NCBI GenBank assembly: GCA_902613795.1
Contig: CACMIP010000005.1
Location: 74,129-138,128, forward strand
From: an uncultured OCS116 cluster bacterium
Lineage (GTDB): Bacteria > Pseudomonadota > Alphaproteobacteria > Rhizobiales > TMED25
Reading direction: 5' to 3'
Length of the DNA stretch: 64,000 bases
Shown here one piece after another: positions 40,609 through 48,768 of the stretch; the first letter of the stretch is position 1, and each line of letters starts with the position of its first letter. The notes under the pieces are model-generated. The model made no database searches. It was not told the DNA's origin and saw nothing but the letters and a program-made list of their open reading frames with translations. The position numbers were made by a program, and so were the translations under genes.

Positions 40609-42198
40609 ATGCTATATTTCTCAAAATTCAAATCAATAAGCATACTCTTAATTTGCTTGTTTGGTGCCATTTTTGCCTTTCCTAATTTACTCAGCCAAAA
40701 CACAATTAATAATCTGCCAAAGATTATGCCCCAAAAACAAATCAATCTTGGGCTTGATCTGAGAGGGGGATCTCATCTATTAGTCGAGGTTCAATCATCT
40801 GTTCGTGCTTCTGAGAGGATGGATGACCTTTATGATGAAATCAGGATTGAGCTTAGGCGCAACAAAATTTTGTTGTCAGATATTGCACAAACCAATAATC
40901 AAATAAAAATAACACTAAGCGACGATAGTTTTAAAGGTAATCTGATAGATATTATTGAGTCCTTATCACAAAATGTGAGAGGTCAATTTGGAACGGGTCA
41001 GTTGGCCAATGAACTCGAAATTGTGGAGCAAATTGATGGCTCAATTCTCGTGAGCATGACAGAAGAGGCGCTAAGTGATCTATTGAGGCGTTCAGTTGAT
41101 CAGTCAATCGAAATAATAAGAAGAAGAATAGATGAGCTTGGGACTAAAGAGCCTACAATCCAGCGACAGGGGGAGTCGAGGATCCTAATTCAGGTTCCAG
41201 GGCTGGATGATCCTAATAGATTAAAAGATTTACTTGGAACTACTGCAAAGATGACATTTCACTTGATCGACACTTTTTATGATGGCGGTAATGTGTCCCG
41301 ATCATCAATGAAATTGCAGCATGCAGAAAATGAGAGTACCTATGTAGTGGAAAGAAGATCTATAATTGGTGGAGAAAATTTAGTTGATGCACAACCAGGG
41401 TTTGACTCACAAACCAACCAGCCAATAGTAAATTTTCGCTTTGATGGTCAGGGCTCAAGAAAATTCGGCAAGATAACCACCGATAATGTTGGCAAGCTAT
41501 TTGCAATTGTTTTGGATAACGAGGTGATATCTGCACCAATCATTAATGAGCCAATATTAGGTGGCTCAGGCATGATATCGGGAAGTTTCACGGTTCAAGA
41601 AGCGAATGATTTGGCAATCCTTCTAAGGGCAGGAGCATTACCTGCGCCTCTGATTATACTTGAGGAAAGAACTGTTGGCCCAGGTTTAGGGGCTGACTCT
41701 ATCAAATCAGGACAAATTGCTTCAATATTGGGTCTGGCATTCGTTTTAATTTATATGTTTGCCTCGTATGGTAGATTTGGGATTTACTCAAACATATCAC
41801 TTCTGATAAACTTATCCTTGATTGTGGCTATATTATCAATTTTACAAGCAACATTGACATTGCCGGGAATAGCTGGGATAATTCTTACAATTGGGATGGC
41901 GGTTGATGCAAATGTTTTAATCTTTGAAAGAATCAGAGAAGAAATTTCAAACAATAAGTCCGTAATTAATGCAATAGATAATGGATACAAAAGAGCCCGA
42001 ACAACAATACTTGATGCAAACATAACTACCTTTATTGCAGCTATTATACTTTTTCAATTGGGGTCAGGTCCAATAAAAGGGTTCTCCATCACACTCGCAA
42101 TAGGCATTATAACATCAGTTTTTACCGCTTTTACACTTACAAGGTTTTTTGTAGCATTGTGGATTAAACGGTCAAATCCAAAAGAAATTAATATCTAA
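40609..42198 (+). CDS. secD: Protein translocase subunit SecD
   Basis: 529 aa with an N-terminal TM segment, a large periplasmic domain, and a C-terminal 5-TM bundle (GIAGIILTIGMAVDANVLIFERIREE). Confidence 0.93.
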   Translation: MLYFSKFKSISILLICLFGAIFAFPNLLSQNTINNLPKIMPQKQINLGLDLRGGSHLLVEVQSSVRASERMDDLYDEIRIELRRNKILLSDIAQTNNQIKITLSDDSFKGNLIDIIESLSQNVRGQFGTGQLANELEIVEQIDGSILVSMTEEALSDLLRRSVDQSIEIIRRRIDELGTKEPTIQRQGESRILIQVPGLDDPNRLKDLLGTTAKMTFHLIDTFYDGGNVSRSSMKLQHAENESTYVVERRSIIGGENLVDAQPGFDSQTNQPIVNFRFDGQGSRKFGKITTDNVGKLFAIVLDNEVISAPIINEPILGGSGMISGSFTVQEANDLAILLRAGALPAPLIILEERTVGPGLGADSIKSGQIASILGLAFVLIYMFASYGRFGIYSNISLLINLSLIVAILSILQATLTLPGIAGIILTIGMAVDANVLIFERIREEISNNKSVINAIDNGYKRARTTILDANITTFIAAIILFQLGSGPIKGFSITLAIGIITSVFTAFTLTRFFVALWIKRSNPKEINI

Positions 42199-42212
42199 GT
42201 ATGTAATTATTC

Positions 42213-43130
42213 ATGAAACCTTTTAAGTTAATAAAACTAGATACAAGTATAAATTTTCTATCCAAGACAAAACTTTTTGTGTCTCTCTCATTAATCTTTA
42301 TCATTGCATCTATATTTCTTCTGTTCTCAAGAGGTTTAAATTTTGGTATCGATTTCAACGGGGGTACATTAATTGAGGTACAGAAGATCTCTGGCAATGC
42401 TGACGTTTCTGAAATGCGGGCGCGTTTAGGGCAACTTGATCTGGGAAATATACAATTACAGGAGTTTGGAAAGAAAACTGATCTACTTGTAAGAGTAGAG
42501 CAGTTAAGTGAAGAAGAAGGAGCTCAGCAGGCAATAATCAGTAAAATTTCTGAGGTTGTGGAAGTAGATTATGAGATTAGAAGAATTGAAGTTGTTGGCC
42601 CAAAAGTATCTGCCGAACTAATAAAAAAGGGTATAATTGCAGTTATATCAGCTGTTATTTCTGTCTTAATTTACATTTGGTTTAGATTTGAATGGCAATT
42701 TGGCATTGGGGCAATATTTGCTCTTGTTCATGATATAATTATCACAATTGGTGTATTTTCTCTATTGCAGTTGGAGTTTAATTTATCAATTATAGCTGCT
42801 CTACTAACTATTGTTGGATACTCGCTTAACGATACAGTGGTAATATATGATAGAATACGGGAAGAGCTTCGTAAATATAAAAAAATGCCAATAATGGAAC
42901 TAATTAATCAGGCTTTGAATTTAACTTTATCTAGAACCCTCATGACATCCATAACAACGCTTCTTGCTCTCATTTCACTATACTTGTTTGGTGGGGAGGT
43001 AATTAAGGGCTTTACATTTGCGATGATCTGGGGAGTCCTTATTGGTACCTATTCCTCAATCTTTATTGCTTCCCCAATACTAATTGGGTTGAACATTAAA
43101 CGCGATTGGTCAAAAAATAATGCTGAATAG
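42213..43130 (+). CDS. secF: Protein translocase subunit SecF
   Basis: 305 aa with the motifs GIDFNGGT and GYSLNDTVVIYDRIRE. Confidence 0.93.
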   Translation: MKPFKLIKLDTSINFLSKTKLFVSLSLIFIIASIFLLFSRGLNFGIDFNGGTLIEVQKISGNADVSEMRARLGQLDLGNIQLQEFGKKTDLLVRVEQLSEEEGAQQAIISKISEVVEVDYEIRRIEVVGPKVSAELIKKGIIAVISAVISVLIYIWFRFEWQFGIGAIFALVHDIIITIGVFSLLQLEFNLSIIAALLTIVGYSLNDTVVIYDRIREELRKYKKMPIMELINQALNLTLSRTLMTSITTLLALISLYLFGGEVIKGFTFAMIWGVLIGTYSSIFIASPILIGLNIKRDWSKNNAE

Positions 43131-43131
43131 T

Positions 43132-44493
43132 CTACGCAAAAAATAATCTCAGCCATTCATTTAAATCACTTTCTGCACGCATTGCAATCCTATTTTTTTT
43201 CTCCATATCTCTCATTCTTTTTGGCATCTTTCTTATATCCCTGATATCCATATTCTCAAAAAGCCCGAAGTTTATATTCATGGGCTGAAAATTTTTCACA
43301 TGATCCTTGCGTGTGATATAACTTATTAGACTGCCCATGGCCGTTGTTTTGGGTGGTGGTGTTTGTTCTCTCATTTTTAATTTGTTGTACATCATGAGTC
43401 CTGATAATAATCCGATTGATGCAGACTCCACATATCCCTCTACCCCCGTAATCTGCCCAGCAAACTTGATTCTTTTATCCGAGAGAAGACCCAAGTCGCA
43501 TGATAATATTTTTGGGCTATTGATATATGTATTTCTGTGTATACCACCCAATCTTGCAAATCTAGCATCGCTTAGCCCAGGGACTTTTCTAAATATATCT
43601 GTTTGATGGCCATATTTTATTTTCGTTTGAAATCCCACCATATTATATAATTGACCAGAAATATCATCCTGTCTCAACTGAATTACTGCATAAGGCTCAT
43701 CGTCTTCTTCGTGAGGATTATTTAATCCAAAAGGTTTCATTGGTCCATGACGAAGTGTTTGTGGCCCACTCCTTGCAATGACTTCAATTGGAAGACATGA
43801 GTCGAAGTATGGCGTATCTTTCTCCCATTCATTAAAGCTTGCCTGATCTGCCTCAATCAACTCATCAACAAATTGTAGATATTGCTTCTCATTTAACGGG
43901 CAATTAATATAATCATTTAGAGATCCTGATGGTCCTACTTTGTTGTATCGTGATTGAAACCAAGCCGCTGACATATCTATGGAGTCTGTATAAATAATGG
44001 GTGCAATGGCATCAAAAAAATATAAAGAGTCGTCCGAACTTTTTTTGAGAATAAACTCTGATAAAGACTTGGATGTGAGAGGTCCAGTTGCAATAATTAT
44101 ATTTTCCCAATCATCCGGAATGCTTATTACTTCTTTCTGAATAACATTAATATTTTGATGGCTCCGTATACACTCGGTTACTCTTTCAGAAAATAAGTTT
44201 CTATCGACAGCTAGAGCTGATCCAGCTGGTACCTTATTCTCATCAGCAGCCTTCATTATAAGTGACCCACAAATCCTGAGCTCTTCGTGTAGTATTCCAA
44301 CTGCATTCGAAAGCTTATCATCTGACCGAAAAGAGTTTGAGCAAACTAGTTCGGCAAGTCCTGGTGTTTGATGTGCGGGAGTACACTTTTCAGGTCGCAT
44401 TTCGTAGAGATCAACTTTTATGTTGCGTTTCGCTAATTGCCATGCAGCTTCACAACCAGCCAGACCGCCGCCTATTATTTTTACTTGTGTCAT
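43132..44493 (-). CDS. trmFO: Methylenetetrahydrofolate-tRNA-(uracil54-C5)-methyltransferase TrmFO
   Basis: 453 aa with the FAD-binding N-terminus IIGGGLAGCEAAWQLA and LVCSNSFR. It is convergent with secF, 1 nt apart. Confidence 0.92.
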   Translation of the reverse strand: MTQVKIIGGGLAGCEAAWQLAKRNIKVDLYEMRPEKCTPAHQTPGLAELVCSNSFRSDDKLSNAVGILHEELRICGSLIMKAADENKVPAGSALAVDRNLFSERVTECIRSHQNINVIQKEVISIPDDWENIIIATGPLTSKSLSEFILKKSSDDSLYFFDAIAPIIYTDSIDMSAAWFQSRYNKVGPSGSLNDYINCPLNEKQYLQFVDELIEADQASFNEWEKDTPYFDSCLPIEVIARSGPQTLRHGPMKPFGLNNPHEEDDEPYAVIQLRQDDISGQLYNMVGFQTKIKYGHQTDIFRKVPGLSDARFARLGGIHRNTYINSPKILSCDLGLLSDKRIKFAGQITGVEGYVESASIGLLSGLMMYNKLKMREQTPPPKTTAMGSLISYITRKDHVKNFQPMNINFGLFENMDIRDIRKMPKRMRDMEKKNRIAMRAESDLNEWLRLFFA

Positions 44494-44537
44494 TGCGAAT
44501 CTTAATTAAATAATATTTAATCACTTTATATTACATT

Positions 44538-45218
44538 ATGAATATGAATAAATATTTTTTATTACTTTTTTTCATCATGCTACCGTTATTCATGGTTTCA
44601 TGTACTACAAATTATTCACCGATGAATTCTAAATATCCAGACCTCAATAGCTATATGAATGACATGAGTATAATTTCAGGTGACAAGTCTGATGTTGTAG
44701 TATGTTCGGGTTATAATTGTAATTTTAAAACTATGATACGATTTACCGATAGCGACCGTAAAACAATAAATGAAATTTTCAAAAAAGTAGATTTTCGAAC
44801 ACCATATGAGGAGAGACAAATGATTGCCTCTGCTGTCGCAACAATTGAGACAATTGTTGGACCTATAGTTGGCACAGAGAATGATATAGGAGGCGTTCTT
44901 GAGAATGAATTTGTTGGTAATATTGAAAAGCAAGATTGTGTTGATGAGTCAGCGTCAACAACTAGTTATCTGAAGTACCTTCAAGATAATGAGTTAATAT
45001 TTATGCACTCAATTGGTGTGCCACAATCAAGAGGAGCTTTAATAGATGGTCGCTGGCCACATTTCAGTGCGGTAATAAAAGATAAAAAAAATAAAAAGCA
45101 GTTTGTTGTTGACTCCTGGTATAGAGATAACGGTAAACCACCAGTTATTATGGAGCTTAAAGATTGGGTTTATGACTGGAGAAGGGCTAGTAAAGTCCAA
45201 GAGGAACCGCTTAACTAG
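44538..45218 (+). CDS. Lipoprotein of unknown function (possible Cys-His-Asp hydrolase fold)
   Basis: 226 aa with a lipobox (LFMVSC, Cys22). The C-terminal half carries ordered QDCVDES (Cys134), WPHFSAVI (His175) and FVVDSW (Asp192). No family was recognised with certainty. Confidence 0.6.
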   Translation: MNMNKYFLLLFFIMLPLFMVSCTTNYSPMNSKYPDLNSYMNDMSIISGDKSDVVVCSGYNCNFKTMIRFTDSDRKTINEIFKKVDFRTPYEERQMIASAVATIETIVGPIVGTENDIGGVLENEFVGNIEKQDCVDESASTTSYLKYLQDNELIFMHSIGVPQSRGALIDGRWPHFSAVIKDKKNKKQFVVDSWYRDNGKPPVIMELKDWVYDWRRASKVQEEPLN

Positions 45219-48075
45219 TTAGTATTTCTTTTAAAAATTTTCCCGTGTGGCTATCTTTTTGCTTTGCAATATCCTCCGGCGTCCCTTTTGCTATAATTTT
45301 TCCACCATGATCTCCACCTTCGGGTCCCATATCAATAATCCAGTCTGCACTTTTGATCACATCAAGGTTATGTTCGATAACCAATACGCTGTTTCCTTTG
45401 TCTACTAGCTCATTTAGTATTTTTATTAATTTTTGTACATCATGAAAATGTAAGCCAGTTGTGGGTTCATCCAATATGTATAGTGTATTGCCTTTTGGCT
45501 TTCTGGAAAGTTCTTTCGAGAGTTTTATTCGTTGAGCTTCGCCGCCAGATAATGTTGTTGCCGATTGACCAATTTTAATATAGTCAAGCCCAACAGCTTG
45601 AAGCATCATTAATTTATCACGAATTGCCGGGATTGCCCTAAAAAACTCTACAGCTTCAAAAACGGTCATATCCAAGACATCTGATATATTTTTATCTTTA
45701 TACATAACTTCCAAGGTTTCTCGGTTATATCTTTTTCCACCACAAACATCACAAGTCACATAAACATCAGAGAGAAAGTGCATCTCAACCTTAATAAGTC
45801 CATCGCCCTCACAATTTTCGCATCTACCACCTTTAACATTGAAAGAAAACCTACCTGGCTTGTAACCTCTAGCCTTTGATTCTGGTAGATTTGCAAACCA
45901 ATCACGAATTGGAGTAAAAGTGCCTGTATATGTTACTGGATTTGATCTTGGTGTGCGACCGATCGGTGATTGATTGATCTCAATAATTTTATCGATATAT
46001 TCATCACCAATGATTTTACTGTAATTGTCAAAAACCATACCCGCTCGGGAGAGTTTTGAGTTTAGACCTTGAAATAATATATTATTAATGAGTGTAGATT
46101 TACCAGATCCTGACACACCAGTTATACATAACAATAAACCTAGTGGAAAATCTGCATTAATTTCCTTTATATTATTTTCTTTGGCGCCAGTTATTTTGAG
46201 TGTGGCTGTTTTTTTTCGTCTTACTTTTGGAATATCTATAAAAAGTTTTTTGCTTAAATATTTACCCGTGATTGATTTGTTATTTTTTTCAATGTCTTTT
46301 AAGGAACCCTTCGCAACAATATCACCGCCATTTACTCCTGCCCCCGGTCCTATGTCTACTATATAGTCAGCAGCACGCATTGCCTCCTCATCGTGTTCAA
46401 CAATTATAACTGTATTACCAAGATCTCTGAGGGATGATAATGTATGGAGTAATCTTCCATTATCCCTTTGATGTAGACCAATTGATGGCTCATCAAGTAC
46501 ATAAATTACACCGGTGAGTTTTGAACCGATTTGACTTGCCAATCTTATCCTTTGAGCTTCACCACCGGATAATGTACCAGAAGACCTTGCTAGAGTTAGG
46601 TAATCGAGCCCTACTTCATTCAGAAAGCTGAGCCGATCGTATATCTCTTTGAGTATCGGAGTTGCAATTGTTTTCTTATTATCAGTAAGCTTTTCAGCGA
46701 TGTTTGATATCCAATCTTTTGCGTCTTTAATTGACATCGCAGTGAGGATACTAATATCAATGTCGTCTATTTTCACACATAAAGCGTTTTCATTGAGTCG
46801 TTTACCATTACAATCACTGCACGGCTGTAGTGATTGATATCTAAATAATTCTCGAAATTTATACCTAGATTTAACCTGTTTTATTGCCTGATTAATCATC
46901 GGTACAATACCGTCAAACGGTTTTAGAAAATTTAGTTCATCAATACCGCTTTTTTTTGTAAATTGAATATTTTTTTTAGAGCCATAAAGAATTATATCTT
47001 TGATTTCTTTATCGATATTTTTCCATGGTAATGACAAACTAAATCCATATTCTTGAAGAAGCGGTTTCAACATGTCAGATATAAGAGATGTATTGAGACT
47101 TCTCCATGGTTTGATCGCCCCGTTAATTATTGACAGCCCCTCATCAGGAACGATTTTTTTTGGATCCGCAGAGTATATATTTCCAATGCCATCGCAGCCT
47201 TTGCATGCACCAATTGGACTATTGAATGAGAATAGCCTTGGTTCAATTTCCCCAAGGCTAAATCCTGATACTGGACATGCAAATTTAGTTGAAAATACCA
47301 ATCTTTCATGAGTGTCATTTTTAGACTTATTAATTTTTTTTTCGTTATTAATTTGATTATCAGTAAACTCCACAATCAAAAGTGATCCCGAATACTTTAG
47401 CGCTGTTTCGATTGAGTCTGCAAGCCTGACAGGATCTATGGATCCACTGATCAATCTATCTATAACTATTTCAATGTCATGCTTGAAATTCTTTTCTAGT
47501 TTTGGAACTTTATCAACAGTGTAGAAAGTTCCATCGACTTTCACCCTTTGAAAGCCATCTTTTCTGATTTTCTGAAATTCAGTCTGGAATTCACCTTTTT
47601 TTTCTTTAGCAATTGGTGCCAGCAAAATAATTTTTTGACCCTCCTCCAATTTCATTATTCTATCAACCATATTTGAAACTGTTTGGGCCTCAATTGGCAG
47701 TCCTGTTGCCGGTGAGTATGGCGTTCCAACCCTTGCATACAACACGCGTAAGTAATCATATATTTCTGTGACGGTACCAACCGTCGATCTTGGGTTCCTC
47801 GAGGTTGTTTTCTGTTCTATTGATATTGAGGGTGACAAGCCCTCTATACTTTCCACTTTGGGCTTATCCATCATTTCAAGAAATTGCCTTGCATAAGAAG
47901 ATAGGCTTTCTACGTACCTTCTTTGCCCCTCTGCATAGATAGTATCAAATGCTAAGCTTGACTTACCAGAACCAGATAGTCCTGTAAATAGAATTAACTT
48001 TTCCTTCGGTATTTCTAAGGAAATATCTTTGAGGTTGTGTTCTGAAGCTTTAGTAATTTTTATGAATTTATTGAT
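45211..48075 (-). CDS. uvrA: Excinuclease ABC subunit A (5' boundary unresolved)
   Basis: The ORF-track model (45211-47874) starts at MMDKPKVESIEGLSPSISIEQK, which is internal to UvrA. The same frame stays open upstream to a TGA at 48105-48103. That stretch encodes KITKASEHNLKDISLEIPKEKLILFTGLSGSGKSSLAFDTIYAEGQRRYVESLSSYARQFLE, the first Walker A. The listed 5' end is the ATC at 48075, which is provisional. Confidence 0.88.
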   Translation of the reverse strand: MNKFIKITKASEHNLKDISLEIPKEKLILFTGLSGSGKSSLAFDTIYAEGQRRYVESLSSYARQFLEMMDKPKVESIEGLSPSISIEQKTTSRNPRSTVGTVTEIYDYLRVLYARVGTPYSPATGLPIEAQTVSNMVDRIMKLEEGQKIILLAPIAKEKKGEFQTEFQKIRKDGFQRVKVDGTFYTVDKVPKLEKNFKHDIEIVIDRLISGSIDPVRLADSIETALKYSGSLLIVEFTDNQINNEKKINKSKNDTHERLVFSTKFACPVSGFSLGEIEPRLFSFNSPIGACKGCDGIGNIYSADPKKIVPDEGLSIINGAIKPWRSLNTSLISDMLKPLLQEYGFSLSLPWKNIDKEIKDIILYGSKKNIQFTKKSGIDELNFLKPFDGIVPMINQAIKQVKSRYKFRELFRYQSLQPCSDCNGKRLNENALCVKIDDIDISILTAMSIKDAKDWISNIAEKLTDNKKTIATPILKEIYDRLSFLNEVGLDYLTLARSSGTLSGGEAQRIRLASQIGSKLTGVIYVLDEPSIGLHQRDNGRLLHTLSSLRDLGNTVIIVEHDEEAMRAADYIVDIGPGAGVNGGDIVAKGSLKDIEKNNKSITGKYLSKKLFIDIPKVRRKKTATLKITGAKENNIKEINADFPLGLLLCITGVSGSGKSTLINNILFQGLNSKLSRAGMVFDNYSKIIGDEYIDKIIEINQSPIGRTPRSNPVTYTGTFTPIRDWFANLPESKARGYKPGRFSFNVKGGRCENCEGDGLIKVEMHFLSDVYVTCDVCGGKRYNRETLEVMYKDKNISDVLDMTVFEAVEFFRAIPAIRDKLMMLQAVGLDYIKIGQSATTLSGGEAQRIKLSKELSRKPKGNTLYILDEPTTGLHFHDVQKLIKILNELVDKGNSVLVIEHNLDVIKSADWIIDMGPEGGDHGGKIIAKGTPEDIAKQKDSHTGKFLKEILTS

Positions 48076-48186
48076 TTCTTTTCTGCATTTTTTGTTTAGG
48101 TTTCAACAATATAATAATTTAATCATTAATATTAAATATAAAAGTGTTGAAATTCATATTATATTATAAATTATAGGAGTTTTGAT

Positions 48187-48657
48187 ATGGCTGGTAGCTT
48201 AAATAAGGTAACATTAATTGGTAATCTCGGTGCTGACCCTGAGGTTAGAACTATGGGAAATGGGAAGAAAGTTGCAAGCTTTAGCCTTGCCACAACAGAA
48301 AATTGGACAGATAAATCAACAAATGAACGCAAGGAAAGTACAGAATGGCATCGCGTCGTTGTATTTAACGAAGTGTTGTTGAGAGTTGTGGAAGACTATG
48401 TAAAAAAAGGATCAAAACTCTATCTTGAAGGCAATCTTCAGACAAGAAAGTGGCAGGATCAATCGGGGCAAGATAGGTATACAACAGAAATTGTTGTGCA
48501 AAATTTTAGAGGTACACTAATCTTATTGGATAGCCGGGGTGACTCTGCTCCTTCAATCCCAAATGAACGCCCTGAACCGCTGGGTCAATCTAACCCAGAA
48601 GTCGTCCAAGCCAACGAGGCGATTGCTGATGAATTCGATGATGAAATTCCATTCTAG
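48187..48657 (+). CDS. ssb: Single-stranded DNA-binding protein
   Basis: 156 aa with an OB-fold N-terminus ([17 protein letters not shown]) and the acidic C-terminal tip DDEIPF. AGGAG SD upstream. It is divergent from uvrA. Confidence 0.95.
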   Translation: MAGSLNKVTLIGNLGADPEVRTMGNGKKVASFSLATTENWTDKSTNERKESTEWHRVVVFNEVLLRVVEDYVKKGSKLYLEGNLQTRKWQDQSGQDRYTTEIVVQNFRGTLILLDSRGDSAPSIPNERPEPLGQSNPEVVQANEAIADEFDDEIPF

Positions 48658-48768
48658 ATTCTTTGTATCTTCAACAGAAAGATGCCCAACTTGAAATTAA
48701 AATATTCAATCTAGCTTTGTAAACTGTTAAAATTTAAGAGTTAAATGATTCGGGATTTTTAAAGTAAA

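Noticed and set aside
48106-48186. Expected LexA box in the uvrA-ssb divergent promoter
   Set aside because: I read the spacer on both strands and found no GAAC or GTTC tetramer at all, so no SOS operator can be claimed here.
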